This document shows, piece by piece, positions 19,711 through 29,347 of a DNA stretch of 64,000 nucleotides. The position numbers and the translations under genes were made by a program. Positions within the stretch are counted from its first letter, which is position 1, and every line of letters starts with the position of its first letter. The notes beneath the pieces were generated by a model, which searched no databases, had not been told where the DNA came from, and saw only the letters and a program-made list of their open reading frames with translations. The DNA is from Moorena sp. SIO3A5 (GTDB lineage Bacteria > Cyanobacteriota > Cyanobacteriia > Cyanobacteriales > Coleofasciculaceae): the NCBI RefSeq assembly GCF_010672205.1, contig NZ_JAAHHD010000019.1, forward strand, positions 31,963 through 95,962, given 5' to 3'.

Positions 19711-20934
19711 ATTTTTAAAATCGTGACACTTTAAACTAGAAACAGGACTCCTAGTTAAGTTGTCTTTAAGTTTTCCATTGCTGAAATATAAATTATGCTT
19801 AATTTTAACATAACACCATCAAATGATCCATAACTCGGCTCAAGTACCCTAGCTTAATTCGTTGATAGTCTTAGGATAAACGACGGGATTAACCGAGCTT
19901 GATCTAACCCACAAATTTCTCTGAATAAAATAATACTATAGCGTTTGGATCTAGGTTGTAAACACACGTATTGCAGAAAAAGGCAAAAGGCAAGAGGAAT
20001 CCCCCCTAACCCCCCTTAGTAAGGGGGGCAGGCAAGAGGGGCAAGAGATCCGGAGTTTTATTTTCCAATAAAAAAAGACCTTCTAGGTTTACATCTCAAA
20101 TACAAACGCGCTTATCATCTCCGGTTGACTAATTATTATAATCGGTAATTGCTCTGGGGGGGAGACAAGCGTCCCAAAATCATTACCAGCTCTAGGTTTA
20201 AGGTCGCTATGCTCCACAACTATACCTAGACAATCATGAGCATAGTTTTAATTACTGAGAACTAAATTACTGAAAAAGAAATCCCTGATTATTCCCTCCA
20301 AGTTGGATAAAAATCAGGTTAATAAATTGCGTAAACTAATTGGCTAAATCCAGACTATCTCAGGATTATAGCCGACATGTAATCTTTTAATTTAATTGGC
20401 AATTATTAGTTGATTTACGATTACATATTAATTATTATCCATTATGAAACACAAGCTATTCAAAGCTGTTTAAGCATCCAATCAAAGCTTTTGATAAATT
20501 ATTTAACTGCCGTAAATTAAGTTCACAAAATCTTTAAATAATCTATACTTAGAATTACGCTGACTTTATAATTAATAGCGAATTTTAGATTATTCTTAAT
20601 CTATAAATGGAAGTATTTAGCCGTCAGCTAACGCCCTACGCGCATGCTACGCTTACCAGCTATCAGCCATTGCCTGATCTGAATACTTACCTATAAATAG
20701 GGATTTTTTCCGGCTAAAGAATGATATGAAGTAAAAATTTTACCATTCTTTATAATCATTTTCCGGATTTTGTGTTGGCACCAATCAATATCTGTGCTTA
20801 CTGTTGATTACAACAATTACAACACTAGTATCAGAACAATTATTGTGCCTTAAATTTCCCAAATTGAACCGCAAATTTAGGCAGTTAAAAAAAACTTCGC
20901 TGCTTGAAATTTATTCCACAACACCCAGAAAATT

Positions 20935-21774
20935 ATGAAAATGAACAAAACCATTGCTAAAAAATTCTTACTGTTCGCTACAGTAACCGGTTCCGTTCTC
21001 GCTGCTGCACCAAGTTTGGCTGCTACTTTCGCTTTGTCTAAAGGATCCTTTGACTTCAGAAACTTTAGTACTGATCCTCTGGAAGTGGTTACCATGTCTG
21101 AAGCCGACACTTTTGTGATTTCAACTGGGGGTGAGGTGATTGTTGAGGCGAACGCGGAGTCAAATTTTAACCCTGATTCACCCGATCCACTACAACGAGC
21201 TCGTAATAAATCTTTGAGTACCGCTGAGGGTGAAGGAAGCAACTACCGTGGTATTGCGGAAAGTTTTGCTGGACTTATCGGTTACAACTTCTTTGTCGAT
21301 GCAGGGGAAACCTTTTCTTTCGATTTCAATGGTTTTCTCGATCTAATCACCATGATCGACAATCCACCTGCTGAAAGTGCAAGTGCCGAGGGCACCGTAG
21401 TTTTCGAGTTATATGACACCAATGACTTGAGTACTCCCATCGACTTCTTCGCTCTCTCTGGTAATTTAGAGACTCTAGGATATGATGATTTCCTTGTGTC
21501 TGCTCACAGTGACAATGTGTTTGCTTATAACGACTTTACTAAGTTGTTTGGAGGAACAGAGGAATTTGCTCTGGCTGATGTTCAGGGTTATTATGAGCGC
21601 ACTTTCGAAACAGCAACTTATTTGACCTTAGTCGAAGCTAAAACGAATAAGGTAACCGTTAAAGCTCCTGAATCGTCAAACTTGCTAGGCTTACTTTTCT
21701 TCGGTTTACTGAGCATTGGATACCGAGTAAAAACTAAAAGTTTTACCGATAAGTCAAAATTATTAAGGGATTAA
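20935..21774 (+). CDS. secreted protein with a PEP-CTERM-like C-terminal sorting signal (PES variant)
   Basis: Signal peptide MKMNKTIAKKFLLFATVTGSVLAAAPSLA. C-terminal KAPES + hydrophobic LLGLLFFGLLSIGY + basic RVKTK. Preceded by ~1.2 kb of AT-rich non-coding DNA. Confidence 0.45.
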   Translation: MKMNKTIAKKFLLFATVTGSVLAAAPSLAATFALSKGSFDFRNFSTDPLEVVTMSEADTFVISTGGEVIVEANAESNFNPDSPDPLQRARNKSLSTAEGEGSNYRGIAESFAGLIGYNFFVDAGETFSFDFNGFLDLITMIDNPPAESASAEGTVVFELYDTNDLSTPIDFFALSGNLETLGYDDFLVSAHSDNVFAYNDFTKLFGGTEEFALADVQGYYERTFETATYLTLVEAKTNKVTVKAPESSNLLGLLFFGLLSIGYRVKTKSFTDKSKLLRD

Positions 21775-21965
21775 TCATACTAATAATCAAGTCCGGTTAA
21801 TCACTTATCAACTCCTGGATTGTTGGTCATAAGCAATCGGTAATGAGTAATCGTTAACTACCCATTAATACTTACCAAATTACCAATTACTAATTCCCCG
21901 ATCAGGAATATGATAATTAGTCAACCGGATTTGATATAATTAGTCATTAGTTGACAAAAATACCA

Positions 21966-22181
21966 CTAGTGGGAGCATTTTGCTCCCTTATTTTTTCCCG
22001 TAGAAGAAGCAAAGCTAGAGCTGGAACTTCTACTATAACTCCTGCCAGACTCTCTGGTCACAGTAACCTCTTGACTGGTGTTTACTTGATCACCAGATGC
22101 AAATGCCCTACTTTCGGCTTGGACTACTACCTTTCCATCTGGTGAAACTATCCATTTTCTGATTATCCCGGAGCGAATCAT
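21966..22181 (-). CDS. small conserved protein (paralog of 34432-34566) downstream of the parvulin-like gene
   Basis: N-terminal 44 aa, MIRSGIIRKWIVSPDGKVVVQAESRAFASGDQVNTSQEVTVTRE, is about 60% identical to the peptide at 34432-34566. The position relative to the PPIase-like gene is the same in both loci. Confidence 0.5.
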   Translation of the reverse strand: MIRSGIIRKWIVSPDGKVVVQAESRAFASGDQVNTSQEVTVTRESGRSYSRSSSSSFASSTGKNKGAKCSH

Positions 22182-22234
22182 AATTTAATGTCTCCATGGC
22201 TTTGTTGATTGAGGTTTACCTACTTTAAAGGGTA

Positions 22235-22345
22235 AGCTATCAGCTGAGAGCTGAGAGCTGAGAGCTGAGAGCTGAGAGCTGAGAGCTGATAGCTGAGAGC
22301 TGAGAGCTGAGAGCTGACGACTGATAGCTGACGACTGATAGCTGA
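22235..22345. repeat. heptamer tandem array (GCTGAGA/GCTGATA/GCTGACG)
   Basis: Read directly. Confidence 0.9.
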
Positions 22346-22378
22346 CTTACCCATTACCCATTACCCTAAATCATTCCA

Positions 22379-23161
22379 CTACTGACCCAACGCCTCCGCA
22401 GTTTGACTCTCAACCTTATCAACCATAGTGTCACTATGAAGCATATAGTTGAGTTCACGATTGAGCCAATCCTGAAACAGTCTATCCAATATCTCGTCGT
22501 ACCTTTCCGGTGTTAATTCAGCAGGGATAAACCTTTCTACCATCAAGATATGATAACCCTGAGGAGTTTTGACCGGATTGACCACTTGTCCAATAGGTAC
22601 ACCAAAGACAATCGCTGCTATATCTGGACGTAAATTCCAACGGTAAAGCTTCCCTTCAAAACCGCACTTCTGTCGGCGTTGCTCATCAATGTCATAGATA
22701 TGAGCGGCTTGATAAAAGCTAATTTCTTTTTCTTCAATTTGATAGAAGAGTTCTTTGGAAAGTTTCTCGTTAGCTACAATAATTTGATAGAGCAAGATTT
22801 GGTCAAAATCTAGTCGGTTTTGACCAAAAAACTTTTCCACGTCTTTATCAAATAGAGATTTGGATAACTTTTTAGCTAGCAATTGCTGGCGAATTCCGGC
22901 TTCCCAGTCATCGGAAGTAATCATATTATCGGCTAGCCAAGCTAGAGTGTCTGAAGCCTTCTCCAAGCGATTTTGGTGACGGAATTTATCTGCCTCTTCC
23001 TGAATTTCTTCGGCGGTGACGGTTAGGTTTCTTTCGACAGCAGCTCGATTAATGACTTTTTGATACAAAATTTTCTCAGAGACGTCTTTTAGCTGGATTT
23101 CTCGTTTCAGAAACTCAGTAATTTCCTGTGGTTCAAGGGATGCTCTAGAAAGAATAGTCAT
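22379..23161 (-). CDS. parvulin-type peptidyl-prolyl isomerase-like protein (SurA-like N-terminal region plus PpiC domain), no signal peptide
   Basis: PpiC-domain pattern AAHIY...GFEGKLYRW...PVKTPQGYHILMVE. It is 55% identical to the paralog at 34690-35448. Confidence 0.65.
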   Translation of the reverse strand: MTILSRASLEPQEITEFLKREIQLKDVSEKILYQKVINRAAVERNLTVTAEEIQEEADKFRHQNRLEKASDTLAWLADNMITSDDWEAGIRQQLLAKKLSKSLFDKDVEKFFGQNRLDFDQILLYQIIVANEKLSKELFYQIEEKEISFYQAAHIYDIDEQRRQKCGFEGKLYRWNLRPDIAAIVFGVPIGQVVNPVKTPQGYHILMVERFIPAELTPERYDEILDRLFQDWLNRELNYMLHSDTMVDKVESQTAEALGQ

Positions 23162-24150
23162 GCTTAGCTTTTCCTTGTTCAGATTTTAGCTGATCGGGTA
23201 ATGGGGCAATATATGGAGCAACGGATGAGTTAACAAATGTAAGGGATGGGGTGATTCCTAATACTTATCAATTTTATGCTTAAATTGCATCAGATACTGT
23301 GATGAAATTGGCATTAGTTAGGGTGGTTGCACCCTGTCCATCCACGGTTCCTTGGACTACAGCTAGAATATCGTTATTGAATTTCACCAAAGTGGCATCA
23401 GCAATGCCATTACCAGTGCTATCAAATACCTCTAGTTAAGCGATCGCTACTGCTTGAACTCCAGCGATTAGTCCATGAACTGCTATTTGTGCTATTTGTT
23501 CGTGAGTCGTTAGTTACTATCCTACTACGATCGTTACCATTGATAGTGAGGCTATTGTTTCTGATTATACTGGAAAAATTGTTTGAAAAATTGTTTGTAG
23601 TCGCAGTTGAACTAGTAGTTAAACTATGGTTCTGTTCGATGCTGTCTGTGATGGGCTTTGTCAACCTCTGTGTGAGACTCTTTCCGAGACTCTTTCTAAT
23701 CAGACTCACACGAGGAAGAATTGTCAATGTTCTGCTGAAATTAACCATGGCTATTAATCGGCTATCAGCCTTGTGTTACCCTTAAACTGCACCTGTTGAA
23801 CCTGGTTTGTGGAGTGTTAAGTGTTGAGTGTTGACCGTTAACTGTTTTACTGCCGCTCCTACACGCCTTATCTCTACCAAGCATCAAATATTAACTATCA
23901 ACAAAAATCCCTCCATTCCAAAACTATGCCAATGAGTTTAGGAAATTTAGGCTCAACCTAAAAAAGGAATGAAAATCTTTTCCCCTTCATTCCTAATTCA
24001 ATTTACTCCTCATTATCAAGTTAGGGGCTGGGTGGTAAACTATAGAAACTTTAGTTTCCGTCGCCCATCCCCTAGTCTCCCTTACCTATTACCGAAAATT
24101 ACCGAAAACCCTTATTGATTTATAGCCGGATTTACCAAAATCGGTATTAT

Positions 24151-24456
24151 CTATATATATATACCTAAAAACAAAGACAAACTGTCAGACTTAGCCCGGA
24201 AAAGTCCTTGCTTAGTCCTAGCCTCAGCATCAGCACTCGCCTTAGCGATGCTCTTCTTAGAAACCTTGGTATTTATTACTCTTGCATCAGTATCAGCCCC
24301 TGCTGAGGTTTGATCGCCATCAGCGAATGCATCAGCATCGGCTATTGCCAGGTCAGCTGTAGCAATTGTTGTGGTATTTGCCTGAGCAATTGCACCGCCT
24401 ATAATCCAGTTTTATTGAACATGTTCCCGAGCAAAATATAGGTTATTAATAATCAT
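24151..24456 (-). pseudogene. double-glycine-leader precursor pseudogene (in-frame TAA after codon 14)
   Basis: The frame reads MIINNLYFAREHVQ*NWIIGG-AIAQANTTTIATADLAIADADAFADGDQTSAGADTDARVINTKVSK... The core resembles the ATAEATASADGY-type cores of the neighbouring precursors. Confidence 0.45.
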
Positions 24457-24734
24457 TAATCACCCTCTACGTGTATAGCTGTGCCTGTTAAATTGATGAT
24501 AAGGATGGATAAGCCTCACCTTTTTTAATAAAAAGGGGGTTCCTATCCCAAAATCCTTAATTTAAAACTACATTTAAAACTACATGGCCATCACTATTTT
24601 TTGTTAACTGATAATTTTCAGTAAACTAACGTTACGCAAACCATTCATTTTTGTTCCAGGTTCTCCGTTACTTTTTTTATTGTATCCACCCAGTTAATTT
24701 GAAGTGTTTCCAACGAATTACTGCTAAGCCATGA

Positions 24735-24930
24735 GCCTAGACAATCTTCCTTATTTCGTCCTATTTGCCTTAATTAAAGGGGAAGCATTGGTCTCTAAAT
24801 CTAGAGATGAATTTATCCTAGATAGAAAGGCTTCCCCATTTCATCTTTCTATTTGCCTTAATTAAGGGGGAAGCATTGGTCTCTAAATCTAGAGATGAAT
24901 TTATCCTAGATAGAAAAGCTTCCCCCCCAG
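24735..24930. repeat. two tandem ~100-bp repeats, each containing the hairpin ggggaagc...gcttcccc, immediately 3' of precursor gene P1
   Basis: Read directly; a possible duplicated terminator. Confidence 0.7.
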
Positions 24931-24967
24931 CCATCTAATCAGGTACTACAATTAGTCCCTACTAAGA

Positions 24968-25267
24968 TTAGTAGCCGACCGCAGCCACAGACAAAGAAAT
25001 TGAATCAGAGCTGTAATTAGTAGCTTTAGCGTCACTAAAGGTTTCACTAAGACTATTGTAACCATCGGCACTAGCAGTAGCTTCAGCAGTAGCCAGGTTG
25101 CCGCGAAGGCTCACATAAGAGTCAACATACTTGTCAATATCGATATATTCAGTGATATAAATGTCCTTAACATCATAGAAAGTTACACTACGGTATAGGT
25201 CTGAACCACCAACGATATTGGTTTCTTCGTTAACAACTTCGATGTGATTTAGGTCAGAAATATTCAT
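24968..25267 (-). CDS. double-glycine leader precursor protein P1 (leader MNISDLNHIEVVNEETNIVGG plus a 78-aa Tyr/Asp/Ser-rich core)
   Basis: The conserved N-terminal ISDLNH(L/I)E motif is shared with the precursors at 36869-38728, and a GG motif lies ~20 aa from the start. The gene is adjacent to PCAT/HlyD genes on the same strand. Confidence 0.6.
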   Translation of the reverse strand: MNISDLNHIEVVNEETNIVGGSDLYRSVTFYDVKDIYITEYIDIDKYVDSYVSLRGNLATAEATASADGYNSLSETFSDAKATNYSSDSISLSVAAVGY

Positions 25268-25289
25268 GGTTGGTCTGCTCTTTTGTTAG

Positions 25290-25750
25290 TTTTGTTTTAC
25301 TTAACAACTTGGTTGTTGTTAGTTTTATTCTACCGCTTCTTATTCAATTTGTCTCACTTGTCAAGCCAATTTGGCGGAAACTTTAATTAAATTAGTTAGG
25401 TAGCTAAAAACAACTTGGTTGTTGTTATTTTTATCCTACCGCTCTTAATTTAATTTGTCTCACTTGTCAAGCCAATTTGGCGGGAACTTTAGTTCGACCC
25501 TTGATTAAGTTAGGTAGGTAGCTAAGAACAACTTTGGTTTTTGTTGTTGTTATTTTCATCCTACCGCTCTTAGTTGAATTTGTCTCACTTGTCACGCCAA
25601 TTTGGCGGAAACTTTAGCTCGATCCTTGATTAAGTTAGGTAGGTAGCTAACAACAATGGTTTTGTTGTTGTTATTTTTAACCTACCGTTATTAATTTAAT
25701 TTGTCTCACTTGTCAAGCCAATTTGGCGGTAAAGTTTTAGGGAGAGTTTA
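25290..25750. promoter_or_regulatory. five tandem ~118-bp repeats upstream of P1. Each carries a TTGACA-like box and the inverted repeat GCCAATTTGGC preceded by TGTCTCACTTGTCAA
   Basis: Read directly. The same TGTCTC...GCCAATTTGGC motif recurs upstream of P7 (38815-38845) and, with one mismatch, upstream of P4 (37228-37250). Confidence 0.45.
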
Positions 25751-25899
25751 ATGTTACAAATTGTTATGAAAAATGCCCAAGTTATGGAAAAATAACTTGG
25801 GAGTATTAATGCAATTTATGCAGTATCAAAAAATTAATAAAAAACAAAATATAGCAGTCGCCAGGGCAGTTAGGACATCGACATTAGTCTCAAACCTAA

Positions 25900-26450
25900 G
25901 TAAGCGCAAGAGTTTGACTTCTGACTTCTGACTTCTGACTTCTGACTTCTGACTTCTGCTATAAATTCAGCGATTGGGGGACTGTCAGCATTGAGCTATC
26001 AGCCCTGGTGAGGTGTAAGCATTCAGAATTCAGCACTCAGCACTCAGCACTCAGCAGTCAGCCTAATGCTGAAGTAACAGAGATTAAAGCAATGCTTACC
26101 TGTTTTATTCAGATGTAACTCAGCATTATTCCAATGCTTACCTGTTGTCTTGATGCAAAGCGCGAGTGGGGGAAACCACGGCAGTCGCTCATGGGGGAAA
26201 CCACGGCAGTCGCTCATGGGGGAAACCCCCAAGACCGCGCTGCCTCCCCAAGACCGCGCTGCCTCCCCAAGACCGCACTGCCTCCCCAAGACCGTAATGG
26301 TGCGTTTGACCCGTAATTTAATTCGCCACGGGTCGCACCTCTGCATCGCTTATTCAAAAGCATCTCAAGTAGCACCATCTGTAGGGCATTAGCTGATGAC
26401 TGATAGCTGATAGCTGATGGCTGATGGCTGATGGCTGATAGCTGAATACT
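25900..26450. repeat. STRR-like island with GACTTCT x7, CAGCACT x4, a tandem gggggaaaccacggcagtcgctcat / ccccaagaccgcgctgcct repeat block (26150-26300), a partial 41-bp palindromic element (26300-26345), and CTGATGG/CTGATAG heptamers
   Basis: Read directly. Flanked by gtaagcattcag (26020) and gctgaatacttac (26440). Confidence 0.85.
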
Positions 26451-26470
26451 TACGGTGAGATTACCAGTCC

Positions 26471-26878
26471 CTAGAAACACCTTATATTCCTAGTACTTGA
26501 GTATAATTTTGGCAATTTTTTGTTAAACCACTGTTCTTTAGAGCCCCCTTGAACTAGTTGGCTTCTGCTGTCAAGGGGCTTTGCATAGTCGAGATCTTTA
26601 ATGTTCCTTAAGCACTTCTGAGCATCTTCCCTATCCTGCTTAAGGCTGTCGGTTGTAGCTGGATTGAGTGAGTCCATTTTCTCGTTATCCCGTCGCAATC
26701 GGCAGTAGGTTCGCGACGGTATGTATTCTAAGGGGTTAAGACCCAAATAACGCAGCATCAAAACACAAGCCCAGGAATACTTGCGATCGCGAATTGCTTC
26801 TTCAATCAAACTAATCTTTTCAGGATCTAGGGTTTTGCCCAGTGGGCGATTAGAACGACGAAGCATGGAGTAACTCAT
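26471..26878 (-). CDS. HetP-like protein (paralog 1 of 3)
   Basis: The conserved core [34 protein letters not shown] recurs at 39849-40283 and 46524-46838. From memory it resembles the HetP N-terminal domain ([10 protein letters not shown]...[12 protein letters not shown]), and it sits downstream of a HetC-like PCAT as hetP does in Anabaena. Confidence 0.5.
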   Translation of the reverse strand: MSYSMLRRSNRPLGKTLDPEKISLIEEAIRDRKYSWACVLMLRYLGLNPLEYIPSRTYCRLRRDNEKMDSLNPATTDSLKQDREDAQKCLRNIKDLDYAKPLDSRSQLVQGGSKEQWFNKKLPKLYSSTRNIRCF

Positions 26879-27542
26879 GATGATTTCTTTTTGATCTGAA
26901 GGTCAACGAATTGGATTTGCAGGATTTACGCTTGAACTCTACCTCTAGTTTCAATAGTCAGTGATTCTGGTTGGTCAATTAAGCGAAGAGTTAGAGTACT
27001 GATCTAACCATCTGATTTGAGTTGTGAAACCTCCGAAGATGGCGTGATCGGGTGATCGGGTGATCGGGTGATCTCGAATAATCTCTTACCAATCAATAAC
27101 GATTGATAGATCAGGATTCTCTTCTTCTAAATCTCCATCAATCATCCCCATTTTGGACAACACCAGATTCTTCCCCCCTTGCCCCTAGTTGACTGACAAA
27201 CCTCTAAAACTTGGAACACTCTCAGTAAAGACTATTTTGAACAAAGCTTTATGAAAATTCTGATCAGATTTCGTGAACATTTGGATCAGATTTTGTGAAA
27301 AGACTGTGAAATCCTTTATCCATAGGTAATTCAAACCGCTTTTCCCTGACCGTGCTCAATGCTACCTCTGAGCAGAAATTTCCCTAACTGGGCAAAGCCC
27401 ACGACTTGTCAGTCAATCCCTTTTCCTCCCTTGTACTCCTCTTCCCTGACTGGTTGTGCCATCAGGGTTAATCGACCTGGATTTAGTACCACCCCCATTA
27501 CCCTACAGGCAGTATGTCGATGGCTAAATTGCGTTAGTCCTG

Positions 27543-29177
27543 CTATAGATTGACACCACCTTTTTGCAGCTGTCGGATCGGATCTAACAAGAAATCCACA
27601 ATCCGACGGCGGCGGATAATGATGTCAGCTTTGGCTGTCTGACCAGGTTTGAATCGGATCATTTGATCGTCTTCTGTAACGTAGTCACGGTTTAGGGAAA
27701 CTTCCACCTCATAAACCGAACCAAGTTGTTGATCAGTTTTGGCATCGGCAGAAAGGGAAGTGACTTTCCCTTTGATGATGCCGTATTCCTGATAGGGATA
27801 GGCATCAAGCTTGATTTGCACCGGCATTCCTTCTTTGATAAAGCCTGCCTCCTGATTAGGTAAACTAGCTGATAACACCAGGGGCGCATCTTGGGGCGCT
27901 ACTTCGGCAATGGTTTGACCGGGTTGAAAGACTTCACCAATATTGGCAACATTGAGGGAGGAAACTACTCCATCCACCGGTGCATAGAGAAACTTTTGTT
28001 TGAGCCTAGCTTTCGCACTAGTTAGCAGATTGCGGTTTTCAGCAATTTTGGCATTTAGTTGAGTCAGTTCGATCTCCAACTGCTGAAGTTTCTGCTTGGT
28101 CTCTAGCTGAGTCCGATGCACTTCCGCTTGCTTCTGAGTTAGACCTGCCTGAAGTCGTTGGATTTCTGCTAAGGTCTGGTTGAGATCGCTGTGAGTCAGA
28201 GTGATCGCGCTGTTGCGATCGCGTATACTCTGCTGGGCTTGATAAATCTGGTCTTGGTTACTGGCTGCTTCTTGCAGTTGGGTTTGGGTAATCACCCGCT
28301 GACTCGCTCGTAGGCTATGTTCTGCTTGAAATACTTGTTCTTTTGAGATTGCCCCTGATGCTAACAGGGGTTTGAGATTCTCTAGGCGTTCCTTAAGGGC
28401 AAATGCATCATCCTGTCGTTGCTGGAGCAGTGCTTGGGTAGTCGCCTTGAGCCGTTTTAGGCGTTCTAGTCTGTCCTGACTGGCGACGTTTGCCTGCTGA
28501 TGTTGGATCAGTTGTTCTCGTAAGGCGGCTACTTTAGTCTGTGCCTGAGCGATAGCGGCCTGTTGTGCGTCAATGTCCGCTTTGGCAATTTGCTGACGGG
28601 TTTGGGCTTCTTGGTGGATGTTTTCAATCAGCCCTTGCATCTGAATTAATTTGATTTGGTCAGCATTGATCAGTTGCTCCAAACGCTCTACTTCAGTAGC
28701 GCCAAGTTCTTTATCCAGTTCCACCAAGACTTGCCCAGCGGTAACCGATTCCCCTTCTTTGACCGCAATCTTGGCGACCTTGCCGGATTGGATCGGATGA
28801 ATTTTATACACTTCTCCTTTTGGCACTAACTTGCCTGTGGCTTTACCCACTTCGTCAATTTGGCCAAAGGTTGCCCAAACCCCACAGACCATACAGAAGG
28901 CGAATCCTCCCAAAAGCAGTCTCTGGGGCAGTACCGATGGTGGCTGATCCAGTAAATTTTGTAGGGCTGTTGACCAGTTTTCAGTGTTGGTAGCCCCTAG
29001 TGATGATGTTGGTGTGACCGGATTTTGAACATGATTAGCTGATTGGGGGAGTGGTGGTGCTGATACCGCTGTCCCCCCATAGATCGATCTAATCTCAGCT
29101 GAGGTTAGATTAGGGTGAGGGGTTTGTCCCTCAGGGAGTCCCTCTCTAGACGGGATAGATGGTTGTGGTTTGTTCAT
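27543..29177 (-). CDS. HlyD-family membrane-fusion/secretion adaptor protein
   Basis: N-terminal cytoplasmic tail, a single TM segment (LLLGGFAFCMVCGVWATFG), a long coiled-coil region, and the C-terminal beta domain typical of HlyD. Confidence 0.85.
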   Translation of the reverse strand: MNKPQPSIPSREGLPEGQTPHPNLTSAEIRSIYGGTAVSAPPLPQSANHVQNPVTPTSSLGATNTENWSTALQNLLDQPPSVLPQRLLLGGFAFCMVCGVWATFGQIDEVGKATGKLVPKGEVYKIHPIQSGKVAKIAVKEGESVTAGQVLVELDKELGATEVERLEQLINADQIKLIQMQGLIENIHQEAQTRQQIAKADIDAQQAAIAQAQTKVAALREQLIQHQQANVASQDRLERLKRLKATTQALLQQRQDDAFALKERLENLKPLLASGAISKEQVFQAEHSLRASQRVITQTQLQEAASNQDQIYQAQQSIRDRNSAITLTHSDLNQTLAEIQRLQAGLTQKQAEVHRTQLETKQKLQQLEIELTQLNAKIAENRNLLTSAKARLKQKFLYAPVDGVVSSLNVANIGEVFQPGQTIAEVAPQDAPLVLSASLPNQEAGFIKEGMPVQIKLDAYPYQEYGIIKGKVTSLSADAKTDQQLGSVYEVEVSLNRDYVTEDDQMIRFKPGQTAKADIIIRRRRIVDFLLDPIRQLQKGGVNL

Positions 29178-29347
29178 GGTAGTTCACCCATAATCACTGG
29201 TAGTTTTGTGTCTATTGATTTAAACTGAGAACACGAACCTTGGTGAAAGTCAATGTTGAAGACAGTGGGGGATATACTGATCACCCCTGATCACCCCGAG
29301 AGCGATTTTTTACAAAAAACATTTACAAACTTTCATAAATGCCAGGG

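Noticed and set aside
23283-23445. Start-less minus-strand reading frame (…FDSTGNGIADATLVKFNNDILAVVQGTVDGQGATTLTNANFITVSDAI)
   Set aside because: It has no initiation codon and an upstream in-frame stop. It is treated as a gene remnant and not called as a CDS.
25290-25750. CRISPR array
   Set aside because: The repeats are ~118 bp and directly abutting with no unique spacers. No cas genes are present in the window.
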